Below, in pieces: positions 8,377 to 17,687 of a stretch of DNA of 64,000 bases (its first letter is position 1; the number at the start of each line of letters is the position of its first letter). The position numbers and the translations under genes are program-made. The stretch lies in the sequence record OR455461.1, one strand, 5' to 3'. The notes below the pieces were generated by a model. The model saw nothing but the letters and a program-made list of their open reading frames with translations, did no database searches and was not told where the DNA came from.

Positions 8377-9711
8377 ATGTCTAAAGATATTAAAGCTTAC
8401 ATTATTAATGAATCTAATACAACTTCTCAACCAGAAGTAGTTCAAGATAATAATAAATCAGTTAGATTCATTGCTGAGTTACAAGAAGCTGATAGACAAA
8501 ACCGTAATGGTCGTGTTTATCGTAAAGATGTTATCCAAAGTGGTTTAGATAGTCCAGTAGTACAAGAAAAATTAGCAAGAAGAACTTTTTATGGTGAGTT
8601 TTAGGTTAAAATGGCTCACGTTAAATTATATTAATTGCTGAAATCTTATTTAAAGTAATCAGCATCAACTTAATACAAGTTGTTCAACGACTAAATATAT
8701 AACCTAGATGATATAGTCTAATCTTTATTAAAATAATAAAGAATAATAATTTGCAGGTCATCCTTTAAGTGATGAACCTAAACGTCAAATGTATATTGAT
8801 CAACGTAATATTTCTCATATTATCACTAGAACTTGGTGGAATGGTAATAAATTAATGGGAGAAGTAGAAACAGCTCAAACATCAGCTGGTAAGGATATGA
8901 AAGGTTTAATTGGACAAAAATCTGATGTATCTTTCTCAATGCGTGGTTTTAGTAAAATAGAAAGAAAACCTAATGGTGAAGTAGAAGTTACTAAACCTTT
9001 AAGATTAATCTGTTAAATTATAGCAGCTTTATATAGTGATATATAATGAAAAAGAATATTAATTGCTAAGAAGTTTAATTAAGCCAATTAGCATCAACTT
9101 AATACAAGTTGTTCAACGACTAAATATATTCGCTCTTACTAAGAGTATGATATAGTCTCGTCTATATGGAAACCATATAGCTAAGATGTACGTATGACTG
9201 GGTAAAAAATTATTGCTTAGTATAAATAATATTAATTGCTGGAAATCTTTATTAAGATAATCAGCATCGGATTAAATTCCGTTCAACGACTAAATATATT
9301 ACCTAATATAAATTAGGAAGATATAGTCTCGTCTATATGAAAATCATATAGTTAAGATAACGTGTAATTCCATCACATCAAGATTCTTATATCCAAAATA
9401 TAATTTCAGAGAATCATAATAATTACAATACTAGTGATTTACAAATGGTTAATGAATCAATTGATATGTTTTCTAACGGTAAAGTTACAGAATTTTCTCC
9501 TAGAGAAGTTTTAACTTATATTAAAGAAAATTCAGATAATATCAAATATATCGCTGAAGATATGGGATTTGATAAAGCTGATGAATCTAATATCATTTAT
9601 GATAAAGGATCTCAAATAGCTTCAATTAAAGAAAGTAATAAAACTATTAAAGTTTTCTTAGAAGAATCTGTTCTTAATGGACTTGATGATTTCTATAGAA
9701 ACTTTAAATAA
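8377..9711 (+). CDS. Prohead core protease (T4 gp21-like), 4 exons: join(8377..8599, 8754..9013, 9193..9203, 9363..9711), 280 aa
   Basis: NRNGRVY; junction GE-S|GHP restores GExxHP (His); SFSMRG (Ser); LIC|YDWV|VIPSH restores DxVxxPS (Asp). Spliced length 843 nt = 281 codons. Confidence 0.92.
8600..8753 (+). mobile_element. Group I intron pro-I1, 154 nt, no ORF
   Basis: P1 GUGAGU/GCUCAC; P3 UUAUAU/AUAUAA; core AAUUGCUG, AAUCAGCA, GUUCAACGACUAAA, UGAUAUAGUCU; P9 CUUUAUUA/UAAUAAAG; terminal G 8753. Confidence 0.92.
9014..9192 (+). mobile_element. Group I intron pro-I2, 179 nt, no ORF
   Basis: P1 CUGU/GCAG; P10 UUAUA/UAUGA; P3 GAAUAU/AUAUUC; P4 UGCUA/UAGCA (compensatory change relative to the other six); P8 GCUCUU/AAGAGU; terminal G 9192. 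Confidence 0.92.
9204..9362 (+). mobile_element. Group I intron pro-I3, 159 nt, no ORF
   Basis: P1 ACUGGGU/GCUUAGU; P10 AAUUAU/GUAAUU; P3 UAAUAU/AUAUUA; P8 CCUAAU/AUUAGG; terminal G 9362 is the nearby G that restores the frame. Confidence 0.9.
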
Positions 9712-9734
9712 TATGTATGGAAGTGATATAGTTT

Positions 9735-10448
9735 ATGATAACTAATACAGAAGTACTTAATTATATAGAACGTGATACAGGATTTCTCTTTAATGAGTTA
9801 GAACTAAATCCTGATGAGATTATTAAAACAGTAGAAAGATTTACAATTCCTACTTTTAGTAAATTCCATCCTAAACAAGAAAGAATAGTAGTTAAACCTG
9901 AAGATAAAGTAGAAGGAACTCAGAATGTTTATTATATTGATTCACCAAACCCGATAGTTAATATTAATAGAGTGATTGGTGCTAATAACAATATTTCTAA
10001 TTTAACTGGTTATGCTGGGAGTATGAGTCCTTATGCAGGTTTTATGATGGGTTCACCTATTGACTCTCAAATGATGGCAGATTTAATGGCAATCAATTTA
10101 AATCCATCTACATTTAGATATCTTCATCCTAATAAAATAGAGATAATGAATGGATCTGTTATGAGTACAACTAATCTATTAATAATTGCAAATACTTATC
10201 ATGATAAACATTTTGGTTCAATACCAAATAATATGCATGATTACTTTTTAGAATTAGCTTCATATGATGTTCAAATGTCATTATACTCTATGAGAGGTAG
10301 ATTTCAAAATTTACAAACTACTTTTGGTGAATTGAATCTAAATATGGATGATTTAAGAGATGCTAGAGAAAAAAGAAGAGAATTAGTTGAAAAAATGGAA
10401 AATAACTCTATTTATAATTCCAATAGAAAAAAATTATTTTTCGGATAA
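9735..10448 (+). CDS. Putative neck / head-tail adaptor protein
   Basis: Co-transcribed with protease; C-terminal helix pattern loosely like T4 gp13-type neck proteins. Confidence 0.4.
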   Translation: MITNTEVLNYIERDTGFLFNELELNPDEIIKTVERFTIPTFSKFHPKQERIVVKPEDKVEGTQNVYYIDSPNPIVNINRVIGANNNISNLTGYAGSMSPYAGFMMGSPIDSQMMADLMAINLNPSTFRYLHPNKIEIMNGSVMSTTNLLIIANTYHDKHFGSIPNNMHDYFLELASYDVQMSLYSMRGRFQNLQTTFGELNLNMDDLRDAREKRRELVEKMENNSIYNSNRKKLFFG

Positions 10449-10452
10449 TAAA

Positions 10453-10484
10453 ATCCCAATACCTATTAATTTAGGTATTGGGAT
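10453..10484. terminator. Bidirectional terminator
   Basis: ATCCCAATACCT/AGGTATTGGGAT 12-bp stem between convergent genes. Confidence 0.8.
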
Positions 10485-10646
10485 ATATTTTTAGGATAAG
10501 GGAGTAATGGATATGGATAAAATTAAAGAACTTTGTATAAGTAATTTCATTATAACTATACGCTAATTTATTACTTAAAAAGGAATAAATTATAGAAAAA
10601 TAAATTTCTATAAAAATTTGTTACAATACTAATTTATATCATAAAT

Positions 10647-11231
10647 TTATTTCATTACATTATACGTGTTAAATTGATTTTTTAATCTTTGCTTATCAAA
10701 TTTAATCATTGATTTAGTTTCAAAACGATTTGTATTAAGTTTATCAATATAATCATCTGAATATATTTCATCTATTAATTTTATTTCATGAAAACTAAGT
10801 CTATGTCTTTTAGCTAAAGGAATTAATAATTTATCAGATAAATGTTTAAACATTCTAGTGTCAGGATTATATAAGCTAAAATCATCAGATATAGCTATTA
10901 GAATACTATTTCTATATTTTTGAGGTATGATACCCTTATCTGCTAATTCTTGTAAATAATAACTAGGTTTATAATCTGATAATCCTTCTATAACTACATA
11001 ATCCTTATCTATCAATTCAACAAAATAATGCATAGGTAAAGCTCTAATATTAGCATGTCTAATTAAATAATTCTGAACTTTACCCCAAGAATATTTATAA
11101 GATCCCTTTAATAGATTTCTATCATCAAACTTATTTTCTTTAAGTATTAAATTATTCATATGAGTAATAACTACATGAGTTTGAAATGTATTACTTCTTC
11201 TACGTCTATCTTGTTTTATATCATAATACAA
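10647..11231 (-). CDS. Amidase_2 / T7-lysozyme-like fold protein, probably degenerate
   Basis: Pattern VVITH...MHYFVE...NSILIAISDDF...LAKRHRL...IKLIDE follows the amidase_2 layout; the C-terminal Zn ligands appear absent. Confidence 0.45.
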   Translation of the reverse strand: MYYDIKQDRRRRSNTFQTHVVITHMNNLILKENKFDDRNLLKGSYKYSWGKVQNYLIRHANIRALPMHYFVELIDKDYVVIEGLSDYKPSYYLQELADKGIIPQKYRNSILIAISDDFSLYNPDTRMFKHLSDKLLIPLAKRHRLSFHEIKLIDEIYSDDYIDKLNTNRFETKSMIKFDKQRLKNQFNTYNVMK

Positions 11232-11255
11232 TATTTATTTCACTTCTTTCTAAAA

Positions 11256-11924
11256 TTAGCAATAACTAATTGAATTATATTTTTCTATTAATTTGTTAAA
11301 TGTAATCGGACCAACGTCTCCATCTTGTTTAAGATTATTATCACTCTGAAACTGTAATAAAGAACTTAACATAGTTCTATCAAATACATAGTTTTTACTA
11401 TCGTATTTATTAGCAGAATACCCCAAACCTGTCAGTGCGATACCAACTGTATTAACATCATTACCTTTCATATTATCTTCCCTATACATTAATAATCTGT
11501 AATAGCTTCCTTTAAGATTTCTATTATTTGAAATAGATGGTTCTTCAGGTTTATATTTTCTAGGTAAATGCATATCATAGTAATAAGGAAATTTAGGATT
11601 ACCATTATGGAATTTAAGTATAACTTTATCATAAAGGTTAGGTTTTCTTAAAGGTTTATCTAAATCATTATTCATTAATGGTTGACAAATTAAATAATTA
11701 CCTATGTCTACTTGACTTCTTACATCTAGATCTTCTATATTTATTATATTATTAATATTTAGGTTTCTTTTGATATTTCTTGGGGAATCCTGCAATTCAG
11801 TCATAATAAGTTCATACACAAATAGCTTTACTTCATATGTTTCATCGAAATCTGTATTATCTATAACTACAGCTTCAAAGTCTCGACCAAAATCAAATTC
11901 TTTAAACGATTCTTTATATTGCAT
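11256..11924 (-). CDS. Baseplate spike/hub-like protein (gp5-type OB fold) with C-terminal peptidoglycan-binding domain
   Basis: N-term AVVIDNTD...KPNLYDKVILKFHNGNPKFPYY; C-term GNDV...LTGLGY...FQSDNNLKQDGDVGPITFNKL typical of PG_binding_1. Confidence 0.65.
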   Translation of the reverse strand: MQYKESFKEFDFGRDFEAVVIDNTDFDETYEVKLFVYELIMTELQDSPRNIKRNLNINNIINIEDLDVRSQVDIGNYLICQPLMNNDLDKPLRKPNLYDKVILKFHNGNPKFPYYYDMHLPRKYKPEEPSISNNRNLKGSYYRLLMYREDNMKGNDVNTVGIALTGLGYSANKYDSKNYVFDRTMLSSLLQFQSDNNLKQDGDVGPITFNKLIEKYNSISYC

Positions 11925-11973
11925 GTGTTTTATGAGCTCCTTTCTATTTAAAATGCATTGAGGGGGAAATGTC

Positions 11974-12198
11974 TTGTTACAGTTAGTCTTGCTATGCCTC
12001 TTTATTTATTTTTTGATTTTTAGTTTTCCACTGATTTTAAGTTATTTTAGAATTACTAAACAGTTGAATTCTTTAAAAGAAAAAATAACAAAAATAGAAA
12101 AGGAAACGAATAATCAAAGAAATTTAATTTTCAGATTATCTAAGTTTAATGAAGCTCTTTTAGAAGAAATAAAAGAACAAGAAAAAGATAAGCAATAA
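11974..12198 (+). CDS. Small membrane-anchored coiled-coil protein
   Basis: Hydrophobic N-terminus, GAGGGGG RBS, followed by terminator. Confidence 0.55.
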   Translation: MLQLVLLCLFIYFLIFSFPLILSYFRITKQLNSLKEKITKIEKETNNQRNLIFRLSKFNEALLEEIKEQEKDKQ

Positions 12199-12202
12199 AA
12201 AT

Positions 12203-12230
12203 CCACAACGATAATAAAATATCGTTGTGG
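12203..12230. terminator. Bidirectional terminator
   Basis: CCACAACGATA/TATCGTTGTGG stem between convergent genes. Confidence 0.8.
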
Positions 12231-12241
12231 GAATTATTGCA

Positions 12242-13078
12242 CTAAATATAAATAATATATTCTATATCTAAACCATCAGATAGATTCTTTAATGAACGAC
12301 TATCAAATGTTAAACGTGTAGCTAATTCAGTTCCATCAAATTTATTAGTATCTTCATTATATTTAGCTAACCAAAGACCTAACTCATTAATAATACTTCC
12401 TCTACATTCATCTGGTTCTACAGACATTTTTAAAGAAAATGCAACTGAACCGTCTTCATTATCAATAATAAATCCTTTTGATTCACCTAACGGTTTATCT
12501 TTTGTAGCATTAGTAAATCTTTTACCATAAAAACTAGTAGTTCCATCTTGTTTATCTTCTGATAAATAATATTTTTTCTTTTGTTGTTCTGATAGTTCTT
12601 CTACCATACTAGGATTATTTGCAGTTAAATCAGAATTTTCTTTATCTGGATTTTCTACTACAAAAGGAACAGGACGATTTAATTTTTGATCAGAGAATTT
12701 TACAGTGTATGGAGTAAATGCAGAGTTATTTACATCAGCTCCACCTGAACCTACTGAAAATAAGCATATTGTTCTTCCTTCAGTTTCATCACCATTATAA
12801 TTAGACGGTATACCTTGACCGAATAGTTTTTCTAAAATCCAAACTCTAGTTCTCATTAAAACTAAATTTTCTTCTTGATGAATTAATTCACCTGTTTTAG
12901 GATTTGTAAATCTAACAATACCCTTAATATAATTATTTAAATTTTCTTTAAAACCAGATTTTACATCTATAGAATTTGAATCTCTTGTTTCAACTCTAGA
13001 ACTTATATCATCTATTTGATTTTGTTCCATAGCTCCATTTTCAACCAATTTACGTGAAAAACGTTCAAAATTGAACAT
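12242..13078 (-). CDS. Baseplate / tail-collar-type structural protein
   Basis: SVGSGG and INELGLW...ATRLTF...IEYIIYI pattern; late cluster. Confidence 0.45.
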   Translation of the reverse strand: MFNFERFSRKLVENGAMEQNQIDDISSRVETRDSNSIDVKSGFKENLNNYIKGIVRFTNPKTGELIHQEENLVLMRTRVWILEKLFGQGIPSNYNGDETEGRTICLFSVGSGGADVNNSAFTPYTVKFSDQKLNRPVPFVVENPDKENSDLTANNPSMVEELSEQQKKKYYLSEDKQDGTTSFYGKRFTNATKDKPLGESKGFIIDNEDGSVAFSLKMSVEPDECRGSIINELGLWLAKYNEDTNKFDGTELATRLTFDSRSLKNLSDGLDIEYIIYI

Positions 13079-15642
13079 TAGTTTTCCTCCCTTTTGATTA
13101 TTGAAATGTTAACTTTATCTTCCATTTCAATATTTTCTTTTCTGATGATCTTATCAGTTATATTTTTATTATCTAATGTATTAATCTTATCTACATATTT
13201 TGTAGTTCCAGTATATTTAATATTTCCTTCATCAATTAAATGGATACTATTTTCAAATTTATCATCTAATTTAAATAATAGACTTGTATAAATTAAATCA
13301 GTTGTATATGATTTGAATAGAGTTATCAATATAGTAATATAATCTCTAATAAAATTAACAATACCTACAAAATTACTATTTGTGAAATACTGTTCTTTAA
13401 GATTAAGATGATTATCAATACTGCTTACTAATTCGAATATTCTCTCTCTAAAAATATTTTCTCTATCAAAAATATCTTCATCATATATTTCACTTTCAAC
13501 GACTGTATAATAATACAAATCAGGTTCTTTAAATTTAAGATAATCTGAATAAGTTTTAAAACCTTTAAAAATATCGTTACTAGAATTAGTAATAAATAGC
13601 TGTTTATGAAGATTATTAAATTTTTTTCGTAAATGAGGATCATTTGAATTATATATTAACTCTTCTAATTCTTTACGAAATTCTTCATTATACTTATAAA
13701 TTTCAATAATATCATAAATGTTAATAAGATCTTTATCTGAATCACTGTAAGATAATATATCACTGATGTAAGAATTTAAAGCTGGATATCTAGTTATTTG
13801 CTTTTTAGGAGTGTATAATTTATTTTTAATTGAATAATCTATTGATCTTCTTATAGATGTTACTAGCTTATCTATATTTTCTTCATTTTTATTTTGTTTA
13901 TAATCTTGATAAGATTTACTTAAAAAATTAACATTCATAACTTTAACAAATTCATCAATATCTTTATCAATAGAATTATCTTCTATCATAATCAAATATA
14001 CATCTTCTTTATTTATACGACCATCACGAATCATTACATTTAAAAATTTTTTGTAAATTTCCATAAAGTTCTTATAGTAAGATATATTTTTGAAATCAAA
14101 TTCTCTTTCATGTTTAGATATTTGTGTCCATAAATATCTCATACCATCTATAATTAAATCATTTTCAATATAGTATTCTAATTGTGTAGAACCATTTATA
14201 CCAGTCATTATTTCTGAAATAAATTTAAATTGTCTCTGAGCTAAATCAGACATTTCATATTCTCTAACAATATCTTCATAGCTTAGTGTATTTCTATTTT
14301 TAAATTTCTTAATATTAAGGAAATTTAGTTCTCTAGCAAAATCAGTATAATCCGATTTATCAAATTGTCTAGAATAAATATAGTTACGAATATCATCTAC
14401 AGTTTCTTTAATATCTGAATTAAAATTATAACCATAAATATTCATATTCTTATCATTCTTGATTCTATCATTCCATTTAATATAATTTATGACAAGTGTA
14501 TTAAGTGTAACAATTCCGTCAAAAACATTAAACTTTCTAGAACTGATTCTTGAGTTAGTCATATTAAAACTATCATCTTCAATAATGTCTTCATCTTCCT
14601 TCATTAAGTTAATTAAACTGTATAAGAATGATAAAGATTTACTATTATTAATTATGTCTATAACTGCGTCTGTAGAGATATATTTAGTTTGTATTACATT
14701 AAATGCTTTATCCATAACCTCTTCTTTAGTGTTTCTCCAATATGGATCAAGATCAATGATTTCATTATAACCGTATTGATTATCATTATATACATCAAGG
14801 TTATCATTTACATTTGTTTTATAAAATTTTAGATCATCTTCATGTTTAGCCAAGTAATATTTATTAATATCTATTGAGTTAATGGAGAATATATCTTCTA
14901 TAATTGGAAATATCTCATTTGTACCTTTATTACGGATTAAATCATTTATGCGTTTGTATGTTCTTCTTTGATATTCTAAAGGGAAATCGTCAAAGTAATC
15001 AAGTCCATTAGAAATAAAAGCATTCTTTAAATCTCTTTTAGTATATCTATCAACATCAAATACTCTATACATTGTTTTATTTATATATCTATGTATAGTT
15101 GCGTTAATTAAATACATATAATACATTTCTCTATAATAGACTTGATTATTAAAAGCTCTAGTGTGTGTTACCTTTTTAAAATAATTAAGAGCTTCAGAAT
15201 AACTTTCTAATAATAAAGATTCTTCTTTTTTATCTAATGTATGGTTACTTATTTTAATGATATCAAAATCATTTGATGTACGTGATATATATGGATCAAT
15301 ATCATACATATTTTGTAATTTCCCATAGTATGGATTACGTTCTTTATAATTTCTTAAAATACTATCTTTATCAAATACTGAATAGTAATCATCTAACGTA
15401 TTTTCTTTAGCTCTAATATATAAATCTGACTCCATCATAGAATCATTAGATTCTAATCTATCTGCAAATTCTTGATCCTTTATTATTAAACCTTGACAGA
15501 ATTTAACTATATCGTCTAAATTTTCTATATCTTCTTCAGTAAAGGCTTTATAAAAATAAAGAGGATTGTATTTTCTTAAATCATCTTTACTGAAGTTCTT
15601 ATAATCAGTGAATTCTATGGCCATTGAAATCCTCTCTTTCAT
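13078..15642 (-). CDS. Baseplate wedge-like protein (854 aa)
   Basis: LIRNKGT motif typical of wedge subunits; AACA-N6-TA at 15656-15667. Confidence 0.5.
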   Translation of the reverse strand: MKERISMAIEFTDYKNFSKDDLRKYNPLYFYKAFTEEDIENLDDIVKFCQGLIIKDQEFADRLESNDSMMESDLYIRAKENTLDDYYSVFDKDSILRNYKERNPYYGKLQNMYDIDPYISRTSNDFDIIKISNHTLDKKEESLLLESYSEALNYFKKVTHTRAFNNQVYYREMYYMYLINATIHRYINKTMYRVFDVDRYTKRDLKNAFISNGLDYFDDFPLEYQRRTYKRINDLIRNKGTNEIFPIIEDIFSINSIDINKYYLAKHEDDLKFYKTNVNDNLDVYNDNQYGYNEIIDLDPYWRNTKEEVMDKAFNVIQTKYISTDAVIDIINNSKSLSFLYSLINLMKEDEDIIEDDSFNMTNSRISSRKFNVFDGIVTLNTLVINYIKWNDRIKNDKNMNIYGYNFNSDIKETVDDIRNYIYSRQFDKSDYTDFARELNFLNIKKFKNRNTLSYEDIVREYEMSDLAQRQFKFISEIMTGINGSTQLEYYIENDLIIDGMRYLWTQISKHEREFDFKNISYYKNFMEIYKKFLNVMIRDGRINKEDVYLIMIEDNSIDKDIDEFVKVMNVNFLSKSYQDYKQNKNEENIDKLVTSIRRSIDYSIKNKLYTPKKQITRYPALNSYISDILSYSDSDKDLINIYDIIEIYKYNEEFRKELEELIYNSNDPHLRKKFNNLHKQLFITNSSNDIFKGFKTYSDYLKFKEPDLYYYTVVESEIYDEDIFDRENIFRERIFELVSSIDNHLNLKEQYFTNSNFVGIVNFIRDYITILITLFKSYTTDLIYTSLLFKLDDKFENSIHLIDEGNIKYTGTTKYVDKINTLDNKNITDKIIRKENIEMEDKVNISIIKREEN

Positions 15643-16133
15643 TTATTTTTCTTAATATTTAGTTGTTACTTGAGAATTTATATTTTTATCAAATAAAAAT
15701 AATATATTATTATATTTCTATCAAAATATAATAATATATTTATTATGATTTTTAATTTTTTATATTAAAATTGGTATTAATAAATATATTAAATTGAAAA
15801 TCATAATGAAATTCATACAAATAAAATTAACTTAATAATATATTAATGAAGATTATTAAAACTAAAGAAATAAAATATTTATACAAATTTTTTTTGAAAA
15901 CCTCCAGAATATATTATTATATTTTAATATAAAATTATATAAATAATAAATAAATATTTTTTAGGGGAATAATTTTTAAGATTTTCTTTAATTTTAATTA
16001 ATATTATAAAAAATAATAGTAATTAAAAATATTATTAAAAATTAAGTAATATATTAAATTTAATAAAAGAAAATTTCAAAGAAAAAGTAATAATGAATTT
16101 GATATTAATTAATAAAAAGGAATTGAATAAAAA
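15643..16133. other. About 490-bp extremely AT-rich divergent intergenic region
   Basis: Hand count gives roughly 9% GC over 15721-16080; no ORF; gene orientation switches here. Confidence 0.7.
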
Positions 16134-16769
16134 ATGGATAATAAAAATATTGATATAAAATTCAATAACTTAAATAATAAAAAAGTAAAGTTAAATAAAA
16201 ATAATAAGATCAATAATGTATTAATAAAAAAAGATTCTAATAATAATACAATATTAGTAAATAAACAAAGTAAGTTTCAAATATCAAGTTTATATTTTGA
16301 AATAGAATCAGAAAATAGTTTAAAGAAATTTATTAAGAATGTAGAAGGATTAGTAAGAAGATCAAATGAATATAAAAAATATTTATCAATATTAAAAGAA
16401 GAATACAATTTGAAAAATGATATAATAATGTCAAATATTACAGAAGATATGGCAACTACAGAATATCATCACTTTCCTTTTACTCTTTATGAAATTGTTG
16501 AAATTGTTACAAATAAAGCTATTATGGAAGATGAACAGTTTACATCAATAGATATAGCTGAAAGAGTTTTAAAATTACATTTTGAGAATAAAGTAGGATT
16601 AGTATTATTAACAAAAACAAATCATCAATTAGCTCATGCAGGTAAAATAATAATTCCATTATCCTCTATATTTGGTAAAGTAAATGAATTTGTAAGTTAT
16701 TATAAAGACTATATACTTGATCATCAAATAGAACAATACAATGAACTTATAGAAGCTTCAGATATATAA
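16134..16769 (+). CDS. HNH-like (beta-beta-alpha-Me) nuclease-fold protein
   Basis: EYHHFP ... GLVLLTKTNHQLAH signature. Confidence 0.5.
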   Translation: MDNKNIDIKFNNLNNKKVKLNKNNKINNVLIKKDSNNNTILVNKQSKFQISSLYFEIESENSLKKFIKNVEGLVRRSNEYKKYLSILKEEYNLKNDIIMSNITEDMATTEYHHFPFTLYEIVEIVTNKAIMEDEQFTSIDIAERVLKLHFENKVGLVLLTKTNHQLAHAGKIIIPLSSIFGKVNEFVSYYKDYILDHQIEQYNELIEASDI

Positions 16770-16787
16770 ATTTTTAATATTTATTTT

Positions 16788-16800
16788 AAATATATATTAT
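16788..16800 (+). promoter_or_regulatory. Early-type promoter AAATATATATTAT
   Basis: Same 13-mer as nine minus-strand copies in 40.5-62.8 kb; sense to the gene at 16853. Confidence 0.65.
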
Positions 16801-16852
16801 ATAAATGTAAATCATTAAAGATTTATATAATATATAAAAATTAGGAGATGAA

Positions 16853-17644
16853 ATGGATATGACAGAAGAAGCTTTAATTAAGGCTATATATTTATTTAAG
16901 GAAGATAAGAACGATATTGAAATTGATATAGCTAAGAATATTATGGATGAACTTAAAGAAGAGGATAATCGAAAAGAATTTGATGATTTAGAAAGAAGAA
17001 TAATCAATATTGAAGATACAAAAACATTTAGAGATTTTTATAGCTTTAAAATGATTAGAAGAAAATCAGATTTTATTAAAGGAATTGCTTTTGATAATTT
17101 TAATGATTTCTTTTTAGATAGTTTAGAACTTAATAAAGATTATAACTTTGCTAAAAATATATTTGAGTTTTTAACAATCTTAAGAAAACAAGATAAATCA
17201 GAAATGTTTCCAGATGGAAAAGAAAATATTGAAGATAGATTAATTGCATTAATGTCTAGTTATATTACAGAAGAATATAATAAGAAATATAATTTAAATT
17301 ATTATAATATATATAATATTATGGTAGCTACTTATATCGATATGTATATTTTCTTCTATAAAGAAGAATTGATGAACGGTAACAATATTTTAGAATTAAA
17401 AGAAGAATCTAATGAAATTAAATTATTCTCTGAAAGTTATATTAATGATTTCTTAAATGAATCTATAAAAGCTACAGAAATATTTGATGAAATTAATAGT
17501 AATATATTAAAGAATTTTCCACCACAAGTTAAACCTGACATTAATAGTTTACTACATGAAATTAAGAAACAGGCAAATAAAATTGCTAGTGAAAATAATG
17601 TAGATATGTCACTAGTAAATACTCTAATTGAATATAAACAATAA
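16853..17644 (+). CDS. Hypothetical protein (263 aa)
   Basis: AGGAG RBS, long ORF. Confidence 0.75.
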   Translation: MDMTEEALIKAIYLFKEDKNDIEIDIAKNIMDELKEEDNRKEFDDLERRIINIEDTKTFRDFYSFKMIRRKSDFIKGIAFDNFNDFFLDSLELNKDYNFAKNIFEFLTILRKQDKSEMFPDGKENIEDRLIALMSSYITEEYNKKYNLNYYNIYNIMVATYIDMYIFFYKEELMNGNNILELKEESNEIKLFSESYINDFLNESIKATEIFDEINSNILKNFPPQVKPDINSLLHEIKKQANKIASENNVDMSLVNTLIEYKQ

Positions 17645-17655
17645 TTAATAAAATT

Positions 17656-17687
17656 GAGGTAATGATCATTAATTTGATCATTACCTC
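17656..17687 (+). terminator. Terminator (near-copy at 51889-51920)
   Basis: GAGGTAATGATC/GATCATTACCTC stem plus TAATATTTTTTTT. Confidence 0.8.

Noticed and set aside
8600-9362. Repeated GTTCAACGACTAAAT / GATATAGTCT units as a CRISPR array
   Set aside because: Repeats are irregularly spaced, lie inside folded intron cores and occur in three separate genes; there is no repeat-spacer periodicity and no cas gene.
1168-9711. Terminase and protease fragments as pseudogenes, frameshifts or sequencing errors
   Set aside because: The gaps are structured group I introns with exact U/G boundaries that restore frame and conserved motifs. The ATG at 2718 and TTG at 2406 used by the ORF track include the introns' terminal G.
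10517-10576. 19-codon ORF with AGGGAG RBS after the 10453 terminator, and an antisense AACA-N6-TA at 10611-10622
   Set aside because: Too short, no promoter after the terminator, and the motif is common by chance; not enough support.
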